A stretch of 64,000 nt of DNA. It comes from Vicugna vicugna (Eukaryota). The notes under the pieces were generated by a model. That model did not search any database. It saw only the letters and a program-made list of their open reading frames with translations, and was not told where the DNA came from. Position numbers and translations under genes: made by a program. Numbering within the stretch: position 1 is the first letter of the stretch; each line of letters starts with the position of its first letter. This document shows positions 37,291 to 49,971 of the stretch, in pieces. The DNA is taken from the NCBI GenBank assembly GCA_013265495.1, contig MU058059.1, positions 2,207,502 through 2,271,501 of the forward strand. The letters are read 5' to 3'.

Positions 37291-39112
37291 GGAAATTAGC
37301 AGTGGCTGAGAGACCCTGCCCGTTGAAGAGTTTGTCACATCTTTCTTGACTAGTGTTAAGAGAGCATCTGAGGGTCATTACATGAAGTTTTACATCCCAA
37401 ACTATAATTGACTGGAGAGTGTTTCTCTTAGTAAGCAGAGGCTTTCTGATGTCGGAAGAGAAAATGAACTATGAAACATGGTATTTTCTAGAAACCTCAC
37501 TGCTTTGTATCCATCTTTCACCTTAGTGACCTCCCACAAATGTGATATGAGTCTGGAACTTTTCAGGTATAATAAAAGAATAAAGATGTTTCAGAGACGC
37601 AGAACACAGATCACTTTAGATCTTGAAATTTGCAGCTGGGAGCCCAATTTTAGATGACTTATTCAGAGAAGATAATGAGACGTGATGATACTGGGAAAAT
37701 TACTTTCCAGCGCTTATTCCTATCTGATGGTCACAGAAACACGGACACTGGAGAATAATTTGTCTTAGGGGCCCCCTAGGCATGGGCCAGAAGCCTGGCA
37801 TTTTTATTATAGTGGTTCCTAAAAGACTCACAAACCTCAAAGTAGGCATGCCAGTCTGTTAAAGCACTTGAAATTTCTACCAGCTCATCATTTTGACCAA
37901 GGAAGAAAGGTGCTTATGAAATGTCATCTCTGGGAGAGGTGGCTCATTAAGTCGTCTTAAATATGACATCCTCAACTCCCTGTCACTTCAATCAGTTGAC
38001 ATCCTTAGATGTCTGATTTCTCCCTCATGCAATGAAGATGTTTGATTCAGGGATCCAGCAGGTCTCTCCAGATGCCCAGAGAGTGTGAGGACTGTCATCT
38101 GAGTTCAAATTAGTTTGTCAGATAACATGGGGTAAGGGAATGAGCCCTGGATCTGTGGGTCATTTTAGATAGAAGAGAGTGAGAGAAACGTTTCGAGCAG
38201 TGGGTCAAATCTGAGACAGTGTCTGACACAGCATGAAGGTGCTTGTTAAAGGGAAGTGGGTGTGCAGGGGTGTCAGAAGGGTCATGGGGGCGTCCCACGT
38301 TGGTCGTAGGCTGCCTCTGCTTAGACATGCACAGAAGCAGCTCACTGCCTCTGAACTTGTGAATGCCATTGCCACCTACAGCTGCCACCACAGACTCTGC
38401 AGCAACTGGACCATCGAGGATGAGTTTTTTGCTTAAGTATCAGTAACACAGATAAGCCTTATTTCAGGGGTGAGCATTGATAGTAATAAGTGATAACCGT
38501 ATATTGAACCACACTGAGAGGATATGATATTCTCATCGCTCCCCAGGAGCTAATAAAAGCTGGGCCGAGATGATGGATGGGAGGTTTGGGAGGCAAAGCT
38601 ATCTCCGTTCCTAACAAAGCCCGGTCCTCTGAGCACGGGGTGCACGCCCATGCACACAGATGCAGGTTGCCTTTTCCTGATTGATGCCTTGAGTGAATGC
38701 CATCCACCTGTGTTGAGGTGTGCACTTGCAAAAGCATTTCAAGTGGCGTGTCATATTACTTAGAAAGATGTTGAGTGATTTTTTTCTCACACAATGCAGA
38801 ACCTTTATAATAACCTTCTGGGGAGCGTTCCTGCTGGGTCTCAGTTCCAGGAAAAGGTGTGAGTCTCCTGAGCCCTCAGTGTTTCCTGGTGGACACAGTG
38901 AATTGTATAACCCATCATCTAGTCTTCCTCGTTCTGTTGGCTGTTAGAATGCCAGATTGAGATGTGTGTGCTGTAGTGGTTAGAGCTTTCTCGAACAGAG
39001 AACCTCAGTCCGGCTGGCCTTCGTCAAGCAGGGAATTTGTTGGCTCTTGTTGCAGAGAAGGCTGTGGGTGGCACCACTGGTCCCAGAGGCTCAGTGCAGT
39101 CATGGGAGTTCT

Positions 39113-39179
39113 TTTTTTATTGAAGTATAGTTGGTTTACAATATTGTGTTAATTTTTGGTGTACACTGTAGTGATTCAG

Positions 39180-39219
<40 letters not shown>

Positions 39220-40048
39220 TCCTTTTCATTATAGGCCATTACTAGATTTTGAATGTAGTTCCCTGTGTTATACAGTAGGACCTTGTTGTTTATCTATTTT
39301 ATATGTGGTAGTTAGTATCTGCAAATTGTGAATTCTCAATTTATCCCTTTCCCCCACTTTTCCCTTTGGTAACAATAAGTTTGTTTTCTATGTCTGTGAG
39401 TCTGTTTCTGTTTTGTACATAAGTTCGTTTGGGTCATTTTTTTAGATTCCACATATAAGTGATATCATGTGATATTTATCTTCGTCTGACTTACTTCATT
39501 TAGTATGACAATCTCCAGGTCCATCCATGTTACTGCAGATGGCATCATTTTATTATTTTTTATGGCTGAGTAGTATTCCATTATATAAATACACCACAGC
39601 TTCTTTATCCAGTCATCTGTCAGTGGGCATTTAGGTTGCTTCCATATCTTGGCTATTTTAAATAGTGCTGCTATGAACACTGGGGTGCATGTATCTTTTC
39701 AAATTAGAGTTCCCTCCAGATATACCAATACCCAGGAATTGCTGGATCATAAGGTAAGTCTGTTTTTAGTCTTTTGAGGAAACTCCATACTGTTTCCCAT
39801 AATGGCTGCACCAAGCTGCATTCCCACCAGCAGTATAGGAGGGTTCCCTTCCCTATTCTCCACATCCATCTCCAGCATTTATCATTTGTGGACTTTTGAA
39901 TGATGGCCATTCTGACTGGTGTGAGATGATACCTCACTGTAGTTTTGATTTGTTATTTTTCTGATAATTAGTGATATTGAGCATTTTTTTCATGTGCCAA
40001 TTGGCCATTTGTATGTCTTCACTGGAAAAATGTTTGTGTAGGTCTTCT
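39113..40048 (-). mobile_element. 5'-truncated lineage-specific L1 (~0.94 kb, ORF2 C-terminus and 3' UTR), apparently nested in an old MLT1-like LTR
   Basis: ORFs 39704..39937(-) '[23 protein letters not shown]...[15 protein letters not shown]' and 39465..39680(-) 'MFIAALFKIAKIWKQPKCPLTDDWIKKLW'; imperfect TSD GTCATGGGAGTTCT (39099-39112) and GCCGTGGGAATTCT (40049-40062); (TG)n at ~39182-39211. Confidence 0.93.
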
Positions 40049-40849
40049 GCCGTGGGAATTCTGAGTCTTCCTCTCCAAGCATCTTTCCTGTGTGTTTCCA
40101 AGGGATTACAGGCTGAATCCTCCAGCTCCAAGCCCAGTGGTAAGAGAAATTCTCTCCCCAAGTGATACAAACCACTCCTGCGGCTGGGCTTCTGGACTCA
40201 GCTCACATCACTTGTCTCCAGTTAACCTCGTGCCTGGCTTGGTTCGCCCACTGGACCAGGTGTAGGGTCAGCCCCCATGAACCATGTGGAATAAGAGTGC
40301 AGAAGTTGAGGTTTCCCCATAGGAACACGTTGGCAAGAGTGGTTGCTCTCTGCGCGAAAAGCAGCAAAACACCCAGGGTCACGATCTCTGCAATCGGACC
40401 TTAATTCTGGTTCCTTTTCTTGGTCTCATACCTAGTTTCCTCTTCTCTTTTCTCACCTCATTCTTACTTACCTTGCTCTATTTTATGTATCATTATAAAC
40501 GCATTGAATCTTTTGGGCCTGGATGGTGATGGCCGAAAATAAGAGTTCCCAGTCTTGATATCTGAGTCTGTGTTCCATATGCGACTGTTGTGTGTGTGCG
40601 TTTCTTTTACATCCCAGTTACACTGGGGAACGCGGTCATCGCTCACTAAAGGTGCAGAACACAGGCGTGGGAAGACCACAGGGAGGTTATTACAGTCCAG
40701 CTCAGACGTTCTCAAACTTCCTTTCTAAAGCATGAAAATCTTTCGGTTAGGCAAAATCTTACATAGGTAGAAAAGCATAAAAATCTTTGAGTTAAAATTT
40801 TGTGAAGGCAGGTTTTAAAAAAATGACTCTCTAAGTTGGAAAACAAGGT

Positions 40850-41355
40850 ATTTGATGAGCTATTGCTGAGTAACAGATGTCCCCAAATTTCATGGCTTAA
40901 ATATCTACTGACTTTCGTGTTCTGTTGGTGGGGGCCGGGGGAAGTCTGTTGATGTAACTGGGTTGTATACTTCGTGCATATGTATCCACTCAGCTGACCT
41001 TGGCTGGGCTGTCTTGATATTTTGGGGTTGGCTGGCCGTGGGCTGGTCTAGGATGGCCTGGGCTGGGACAGCGGGGCTGTCTCTCCTCCATGTGGTCCTT
41101 CACCCTCCAGCAGGCTGAGTTTCCAAAGAGAGAGCAGAGGGGTGCCAAGACCTCTTGGCTTACGCTTGGGAAGGGGCACATCATCACTTCTGCCTTATTC
41201 TTCTGGTCACAGCCAGTCCCAGGGCCAGCATAGAATCAAGTGTGGGGAGCTAGACGTCACCCTGGATGTGTGGGGCTGCAGGGCGGTCGGGAGGGGTGCG
41301 GCTAAAGGCAAGCCCAGGTGGAGAATTGGGCCCCGCACAGCGATCTGCCAGCACC
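40850..41355 (-). mobile_element. MaLR solo LTR (MLT1F/G/H-like)
   Basis: 'gctattgctgagtaacagatgtccccaaatttcatggcttaaa...ctctcctccatgtggtccttcaccctccagcaggct...catcacttctgccttattcttctggtcacagccagtc'. Confidence 0.7.
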
Positions 41356-44329
41356 CAGGGCTTGTGTCCTGAGATGCCTCTGCTTTGCCGAGCACAGTTG
41401 GGGAATCTTGGGCTACATGAAAGAAGGGAATCTAGGATTGCAAGACCTGCATTCAAGGGCCCACCCTGTCACTTGAACTCAGTGAAGCCAGTGCCTTGTC
41501 TGTGAAGAGGGTCATTTGGTGACATTCTAACTCAGGTTTGCTTCGGAGATCACCTATGATAATGGATGATATGAAAAAGAAACTTTTACAAACCACTGTC
41601 TCTGGGTGAATTCCCAGAGAATGGCATTATAGGCTGATTAAAGGGTGATTATAGGCTGATTAATTATCAGGTGATTATAGGCTGATTAAAGCTGAGTTTT
41701 CATCCTGGCTGTGTCATTTGTCCCCTGGGACAGTCAGTCTTGCCTTACTGAGGCCAGTTTCTTCAACTGCGAAGAGGGGCAAAGTCTCCCTCCCAGGTCA
41801 TCCTCTAGAGAACACAGTGCTCGGTCTGCAGGGGCTGCAGTCCCTGTTCTTGGAGACCTGTGACACGAATAACCTTGAGCCATTGCTTGCGTGTTTCCTT
41901 CATGTCTGCAAACCCCAAAGGGTGTAGTTCCCCCAAGCCCAAGTTTTCTGCCATTTGTAATTGATTTTATAGGCTTACTGCTATTCCCGGGAGCAAGGGA
42001 AGGACATATGAATAGTGCATGCCACTAGGTGATGGTCCTTTATGTGTTAGTTAACTACCAAAGCAGTCCCGTAAGGTGAAGATGGTGGCCCTGTCATTTC
42101 ATGCTTTTTGAAACTGAGGCCCCCAGTGCTTTAGGATGTGGCTCAGCTCTTCGTGGACCCCAAAGTGCTCCATTCCTCCAGAGCCTCTGGGGTCCCAAGT
42201 CATAATCTTCAAGTGCTCTTAACTGTTGGGTACCGTTTCTCATTTTGATGCAAAAAAACAATCATGAAGTTGGCATAACCCAGCCATGCACTGCGGCTAC
42301 TGCTGTTCTGCAGTCCCCGAAACAGTAAATTAGAAGGAAGAGTTCTCAGCTTCTGAGGAACTCGAATGAAATGAATTGATTGGAGGTGTTGTCCATGTTT
42401 TCTCACAAGCAGAGATGGGCAGAATGTTGCCTTCTCCAAGGTTTCTAATCCTGTAGATAGGATTGCGTTTTTGTCTTTTCTCGTGTTTAGCATCTGGAGA
42501 TCTGATTGAGGTGAAAAGTGTAAAATCCCTTGCAAATCTCTTGGCTGTGTGCGTTAGTGTTCTCAGGGGCAAAATGCCACTCAGGTCAGCGATAATTTAT
42601 TTTAAGACCTTTCACTTCAGGTGGAGGTGAACAGGCCTTTGGAGATTGATGTTAATCACCTTCTTTAGAACAAATTGCATTTTCTTTTGAGGTTGGACAA
42701 AGGCAAAGAAAGCATGCTGATCTGCATTTGAAGGATTTAAAACAATCCAGTGAGCCTGGTCTGATTGCAGTCGTCATGGGAAAGAACTACTTGGTGTATG
42801 ATATTTATAAGGGTTATGTACATTGCTTATTTAAATATGTACTTTTGCTTATTTAAATTTAAATTAAACTTTTTTTGCAATGTCACTGGGGAGAATTATA
42901 CCAAAAGAAACTGAGCATTAAGAAAAGTAGAATAAGTGACTATTAAGAAACTATTAGCATCTTCCAGAGTGATTTTTAAGAAATGTTGGATTTAGATTTT
43001 TTTAACAAAATTATTTATGAAATGATGGTCGTTGTCATCTGGTAAAACAGACACGTAAGTTATTATTACTTATTTTGGAAAGATGCCTGAGCATCTGGAG
43101 GTAAAATGAAGTGGTTTGTTTTCTGCCAGGGATGAGGGAGATCCCGGGACCGGACCTTGGGAGTCTAAAGCTTGGTCCTGCCCCCAGGTGGCATGTGATT
43201 TGGGTCAGGTCTCCTAATTGTGACTCAAGCCCCAGAAGACTAAAATGGATATTAGAATAACTACTCTGAGTGTCTAAAAAGATGATAAGGATCAGATTAA
43301 ATAATTGAAAACAGGACTTTCTCAGCTGCAAAGTCCTGGCCACGTGCAGCTGTCACATGGCCTGGGTTGGCTCTGGCTCAAGGTCACAGCCTGAGTCAGG
43401 ACGTTCTGGGGGGCCACCCTGTGCCCCTGCAACCCACCTCCTAGGCTGGCGTGTCGTGAAAATCCAAGAGCTGCCAGCACCATTGGTTGTCCTCTTGTCT
43501 CTTTATATGCGGGGAGTTGTGATTAAGTTGGCGTTTTTTTAATTGGAATACTTTCTGAATACATCCTGTTTGTTGTCTTCTGGGCCACCCCAGGGGGGGG
43601 CTATGTGGGCTGCTCCGTGCTGAGCCCTGGGGGCTGGGTGTGGGTAGAAATTAGGGACCGCCCCTGCCGGGGGGCCTGTGGGTGCTCTTCAGTGGGAAGG
43701 GAGAGAAGAAACCTCTGAATATCATCTTGACATGTTTTGGGACTGTTTCTCTTAAAATGGGGTGTCTGCTGAGCCAGTGAGTTTTTGAGGTAGTGGTCAT
43801 CTGCTTAGGAAGTTACCAAGGGGAACACACTGTTCAGGGCTTTTTTGATTAGAAGATCGTGTGGGTGACATGGCTTCTCTCCCTGCATCTCCAGGCGGTG
43901 GGTCCTGTTTGCTACTGCTTTTAAGGGTGTCCGCATGGAGTGGGAATTTGGCCCCACCAGGGAAGATTCAGGAACCCATAACTTCTCCTTTCTTCCCACA
44001 CTTGGTATCATGGTCCTGGATTTTCCCTTCCTCCTTTTCTTCTTTCCTCCTGCATCTGCATCTCATGCAACAGGTGGGTTTTACAAGAAAGGGTGAACTA
44101 AACTGGGATCTCTTACTGTCAAGGAATTATCAGTGACAGGCTGCTGGGCGTCCTGGGTTCCCTCTGAAGGGTGTGGGCGGGACAGAGAGTGTTGACCCAA
44201 GTAGAGAGAAGTGGTAAATTAAAGCATAACCACTACCTTGTCTGCCAGGCGCTGGTCGGTGCTTTATCTGCTTTATTTCTAATCAGCACAGCAGTACTTA
44301 GGGGTGAAAGTATTATAATACAACAAAAG

Positions 44330-44530
44330 GACAACTAATGCTTATTGACTACCTAAAATGTCCAGGCATTATTCTAAGTGCTTTTTATAGGTATTACCTG
44401 ATTTAATACCAATAGCCACCTCAATGAGCCCCATTTTTCAGGCTGGGGATAAGGCTCAGAGACTAAGTAGGTAACCCGCTCAGACAAGCTGCAAGGGCAG
44501 ATCTAAGGCTGACCTTGATCAGACTGAGTC
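44330..44530 (-). mobile_element. MIR SINE
   Basis: 'ctaatgcttattgactacctaaaatgtccaggcattattctaagtgcttt...ccccatttttcaggctggggataaggctcagagactaagt'. Confidence 0.6.
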
Positions 44531-45366
44531 TGAAGCCCCTGAGCCACAGAACCTTCCCATTCTTTGTGTGTATGGGACACTGTCAGACTCTCCACACCCT
44601 GTAAATGTAACCTGCTTCTGTTTCAAGACTCTGCATCTCTTTGTATGTGTCCCTTCCATTGGTTAGCCACAAGTCCAGGAAGGTGGAGGGCTGCTTCAGG
44701 TGTGTACAGAGCAGTGGCCCCTGAGTAACAGGATGACGGAATGGAGGAGGATGCCGGCTCTCAGGATGCCCTGCCCAACAGAGTCAGCTGAGGGGCTTAA
44801 TCATTCGGAGATTGTGCTGTAAAATAACTGGCCAAGTGGGTAAGAGCTGGGAACAAAACAAGGCATAGGTCCTGCTTTATGAGATCTTGCTCTAGGGAAG
44901 TGTTTTCCCTGAACAAGGAGCCAGTGCCAGAAATTTCCAAGATCTGTGTGGCTGTGTGTCCAGTCAATGCATTTAAAAAAATCGACCACTTCCTTGCACA
45001 TTGGTAAATTCACATCTGAAATTTTGCATTTGTGTATACAGTTGAGAAGGAGGGAATTTATGCCTTATGGTAAATACTGACATTTTAAGATAAGACTTTT
45101 TTGGGGAGGGTCGTGATGGGCCTGTTTATTAACTTGATTGTTGTAATGGTTTTATTAGTTACACATGTATCAAAACTTTTAAACAACAAGGTCCTACTGG
45201 ATAGCACAGGGAACTGTATTCAATATCTTGTAATAACCTATAAGACTTACAAAAATCTTTTAAAGACATCCATCAGAAATAGAATACAAATACTAAAGGC
45301 ATTTGATAATCTCCGTTGTCCATTTAAAAGTATATGAACAGGATTTTCTTTCATTGAGAGGAAGTT

Positions 45367-45501
45367 TAGTAGCTCACAGCAAAAAAAAATGTGACAAAGA
45401 ATATATGTATGTTCGTGTATAACTGAAAAATTGTGCTCTGCATTGGAATTTGACACAACATTGCAAAATGACTATAACTCAATAAAAAATGTTAAAAAAA
45501 A
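45367..45501 (+). mobile_element. Very short (135 nt) L1 3' end with 14-nt TSD; further L1 tail fragments at ~45100-45243
   Basis: TSD ATTGAGAGGAAGTT (45353-45366) and ATTGAGAGAAAGTT (45502-45515) around '...gacacaacattgcaaaatgactataactcaataaaaaatgttaaaaaaaa'. Confidence 0.85.
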
Positions 45502-47904
45502 ATTGAGAGAAAGTTACCTGCTTAATTTTTCTTCCTGAACTGGTATTTGCATTATTTCCCCATAGAATCTTATCCTGGTGTAACATGTTTAAACTTGAGA
45601 GTCTTTTTGTGGTGCCTTATCAAACTTCTCTGCAACAAAAATGTGTATACAATTGACACTTTTATTCTGTTTATAATTTTATGGGACCATAAAGGCCTAA
45701 GTGCCACATTTTATCTACTTGGATTATCACCAGAATTATTAATATACAATTGAATCGCTGTTAAAACTTATTGGAGTAGTATTTGGGAAATCAACAGGCC
45801 TTTGGAAAATTTCAGAAGCTCATGTACCTGTGAATAGATATTTGTTGCTGCTTAAACAGGGTTAAACACCAAGTCTATTTCCATTTTTCATTTTTTATAA
45901 ATGTGTGTTGAGAAACTTGTTCATGTAAGTAGGTAGATCGGGCGAGAGGATTTTGTTATAGCAGGGCCACTTTGAATTATTTTCGAAATTCATATTGAGA
46001 TCTAGCAACAGAAATTATTCTTAATGATTGTAAGCTGACAGTTTGATTAGTTTCATTTTCAAAACCGTTCAGAGCAGAGAATTGGAAACCAGCTGATCTC
46101 TGAAGGATTTGTTACCTAGTCCTGCACCCTCCTGTTTGTTGGGAAGTAAACCAGGTAGACCAAGTAAACCAGGATTCATCCTTAACTGTTAATCACACCT
46201 GCTGTTTTTTTTTAACTTAAAGGCATCTTGTTTAACCAGAATTAGGGAATTATTCAGAAATGGTTCTGAAAACAAAAACAATATTAATTTTAATATACTT
46301 TAGTCAATGAATGCTTTAAATATTCTTGTATATTATGTAAATATACATATACGCGTACATACTTACATACATACACATTTTCTTGGGTCAAACTTTAGAG
46401 ATGACGATATAGGCTAATCAGTGAATGAAAAATATCCTATCCTACGACTCCGTTTAGCACAGAGGTCCTCATCAAAGCTGTCATTCAAATCAACCTTACT
46501 TTCTATCCGAAAAGATCTCACAGTTTTTAATTTCAAGTACGTGTGAATTTGCATTTTGGGGAAGATTTTTAAAAACAGTAAAAAGAAAGGCTGTAACAGA
46601 TTAATCAAAGCAGTTTAGTCGAGTTTAAAGTGATACAGCTTTAATAGAATTAATTATATTTTGTAATAAGTTACAAAACCATGGCAGATCTATACCTTTT
46701 CTCATGAGTGTATAGGAATGTAATATAATGGGTACCTAAAATTATGAGGTATTATAAAGTGAGGATTCAGATTTAAAAAGTGTACTGATTTTCTGGTAAG
46801 TGTATGTGAATGTGTGTATTGAACTCTGGTGTTTGACTTCCAGGAATAATTAAATAAGTGTACTTTCAAAAGTAACTTCATCTGTTTCTGACACATCAGG
46901 ATCTAGCTTTTCCTACGTATGTAATAAGAGAGAAGTATATGCTACTCAGAATAAATGGACCTAGCAGCAAACTGACATAGCATGTTTTTGTTAAGAGGTA
47001 GAAAATAGTGAATATTTTATGGGGATTGACTTTCACTGGAAAATTTGCCTTATAAATAAGTGTTTGATAAAGTGGATTTTAACAGTATGTATGATGCAAA
47101 CAATCTAAACTAAATCTCATGTAGTTTTACTTGTGAACTTTTCCGGTGTAATCTGAAAAATTTGGGAAGCGTTGTAATTATATTGAAAAGAATCAGTGTC
47201 AGCAACAGCCACACTTTGACTTGTTTGAACGTTGTTTGATTTCCAGCGGATGTCATGCTTGAGTGTGAGTATACATGCTAAAAAAAGAGACATTCTATTT
47301 AGGTACATTTAAAAGGGATTTTTTTTCACATTTAATAGTTACTGGTGTCATTAAAAAAAATTCACCAGTTCTTTGGTCCTGAAATGAGTTCTTGCTGGTC
47401 AAGGGAAGGAAGACATGGAGGCATTAAATTTATAAGATATCTGATTTCATAGCATCCCACGAGGGCTAAAATCTTCTCTCTTGGGTGCATTGTCTGACCC
47501 TTAAGTTAGATACGGATACAACAAGGAAGATGTGAAGCCCTACAGTGAGTGTCTGGTGTTGGATTAATCATTAGAGAAGACTTCCTCGAGAGCCACAGCT
47601 CACATTGTTTCTTTGAAGCCCTGGACAGTTTTCCATGGGGGAGGTGTGCCTGCCTTTTGTAAGGTGTGCGGTCAGTTGGGAAAGAGCAGACAGGACGGGA
47701 GGACGTGCCTGATGCTTGGCGGGGCGTTGGTGCCTTTTCCCGGATCAGCCCTCTGTACCCCTTGTTTTCCCCGTAGCTGTGGCTACGGGTCCCCTGCCCT
47801 GTGGCTCTGTTGGGACTCGGCACTGACACTGGAAATGATGGGGCAGGGCCCTGTGGCTGGGGGTCTGCAGGCTTTATCTTTCTAGATGGAGATCTTAATT
47901 TTTT

Positions 47905-48240
47905 TAAAAAAAGACAATTTTTTAGGGCAGTTTTAAATTCACAGCAGAACTAGGAGGACGGTAGAGAGATTTCCCATATGCTTTTCCCTGGCACATGCGT
48001 GGTCTCCCCCTGTTTTCAGCATCCATCCATCTCTAGATGGTGCATTTGTTACACTTGATGACCTTGCATGGACACATTGTGATCACCCAAAGTCCACCAT
48101 TCACATTAGGGTTCCCTCTTGGCGCTGTACGTTCTATGGGTTTGGAGAAATATGTAATGACATGTATCCACAATTATAATATCAATACCCTAAACATCCT
48201 GCATGCTCAGCTGTTCATCTCTCCCGTTCTGCCTCCCCCA
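47905..48240 (-). mobile_element. Old L1 (L1MC-like) 3' end
   Basis: 'gcagttttaaattcacagcagaac...gagatttcccatat...gtgcatttgttacacttgatgacc...cacccaaagtcca...attagggttccctcttgg...gttctatgggtttgga'. Confidence 0.75.
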
Positions 48241-49163
48241 GCACCAAAAGGCAGAAACTGAGCTGGTGACTCGGGTTTACAGTGACTCAGTTCTGGTCTT
48301 GACTGAGTCTGTGACTTTGATGGATGTTTTGTGTCTCACTGCTTCAACTACCCCTTGTGAGATTGAAACAGGTCATTATGACTTAGAAATCATTTGATGT
48401 CAGGACTTTGGCTTATGAGTCATTAATAATTCTATGAAAACCAAACAGTAGCATAAACTCCTGAGTTGATGTGAAAGAATCTTGCAGAAACATTTGTTTC
48501 CTGTTGTGTAACTAAATCTTCCAGACTATTGGTGGTGGCCTGTTGAATTCTCACAACTTTGAGGGAACAAGAGGCCCAGGGGACTGTAGAGATGTTTAAA
48601 AAGGCCTGTGTCTCCAAGGCCCTCTGTTATTTGAGATTTCCTGCTTCACTCTGTGTGGACTTCTTCAGTGGGAAGTGAGTGCGAATGGTCTTACACATGG
48701 ATCTTGGCACACAGGTTAAGTGGTTTGTTCAGGCCCTAGAGAAAGCCAGGGCCCTGGTTTCCCATGAGTCTTAAAACCAAGCAGCATATCTTTTGTGACC
48801 CCACTACATGATGAAGCACTCTGTCTTTTACTAATATGATGGCCAGTCTCTCCTTTGAATTGCTTTCACTGCAACATCAGCAGCTCATATTTTAGTCATC
48901 TTCACATTTAAGGACATACATAATGTGGTTTGAGTGGGACTGAAAAACATGGCAGGATGCTGCATTATCTGAGGTCAACCCGTGGGCCAGGAGTTGTTTC
49001 CAGAGTGATGATCATCTAAAGCGCAGGTGTCTAGAATGTACACACCTGCAGGGTGAAATAGTGACGCATCATATGCAAAAGATGGGAACTTGACTAAAAT
49101 GTGAAAAATTCATCCTGAGGAAATAAGTGGATGGATATGGAGAATCCCCTGAAAGCAGAGTTA

Positions 49164-49736
49164 TTTATTTTTATTTAAAATCTTTATAAATGTATTTATT
49201 TTTATTGAAGGATGGTAGATTTACAGTGTTATATACAGCAGAGTGATTCAGTTTTATATACGTGTGCATGTATATGTTCTTTTTTAGATTCTTTTCCATC
49301 ATAGGTTGCTACAAGATGGTATGATTCCCTGTGCTATACAGTGGGTCCTTGTTATTTATTTGTTTTATATACAGTAGTGTGTATATGTTAATCCCAAACT
49401 CTTAATTTATCCCTCCCGCATCCTTTCCCCTTTGGTGACCATAGTTTTTTTCTTTGTCTGTGAGTCTGTTTCTGGTTTGTAAATAAGTTCATTTGTATCA
49501 TTTTGTTTTTAGATTCCACATATAAGTGATATCATATGATATTTGTCTTTCTTTGTCTGACTTAACTTCACTTAGTATGGTCACTTCTAGGTCCATCCAT
49601 GTTGCTGCAAATGACATTATTTCATTATTTTTATGGCTGAGTAATATTCCATGTATATATACACCACAACTTCTTTACCTAGTCTTCTGTCGATGGACAT
49701 TTAGGTTGCTTCCATGTCTTGGCTGTTGTAGATAGT
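49164..49736 (-). mobile_element. 5'-truncated lineage-specific L1 3' end with TSD
   Basis: Same tail family as 10725-11310; TSD TGAAAGCAGAGTTA (49150-49163) and TGAAAACAGACTTA (49737-49750). Confidence 0.9.
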
Positions 49737-49871
49737 TGAAAACAGACTTACTGAAGTATTATTTAGAGTAGTGAAAAATTGGGAACTACTGAAATATCCA
49801 GCAATAGAGAGTGGATTAAGTCATGGTATATTTGTATAATGGAATGCCATCCAGCCACTAAGAATGATGAC

Positions 49872-49971
49872 GGGGTAGGGTAGAGCTCAGTGGTGGAGCA
49901 TGGAGCATCCTCGAAGCTCTAGGTTCAATCCTGCGTTAACAACAACAACAATTTTAAAATAAAAATAAAAA
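49872..49971 (+). mobile_element. tRNA-derived SINE with perfect 12-nt TSD, inside an old L1 fragment
   Basis: 'ggggtagggtagagctcagtggtggagca...ctaggttcaatcct' plus A-rich tail; TSD AAGAATGATGAC at 49860-49871 and 49972-49983. Confidence 0.88.
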
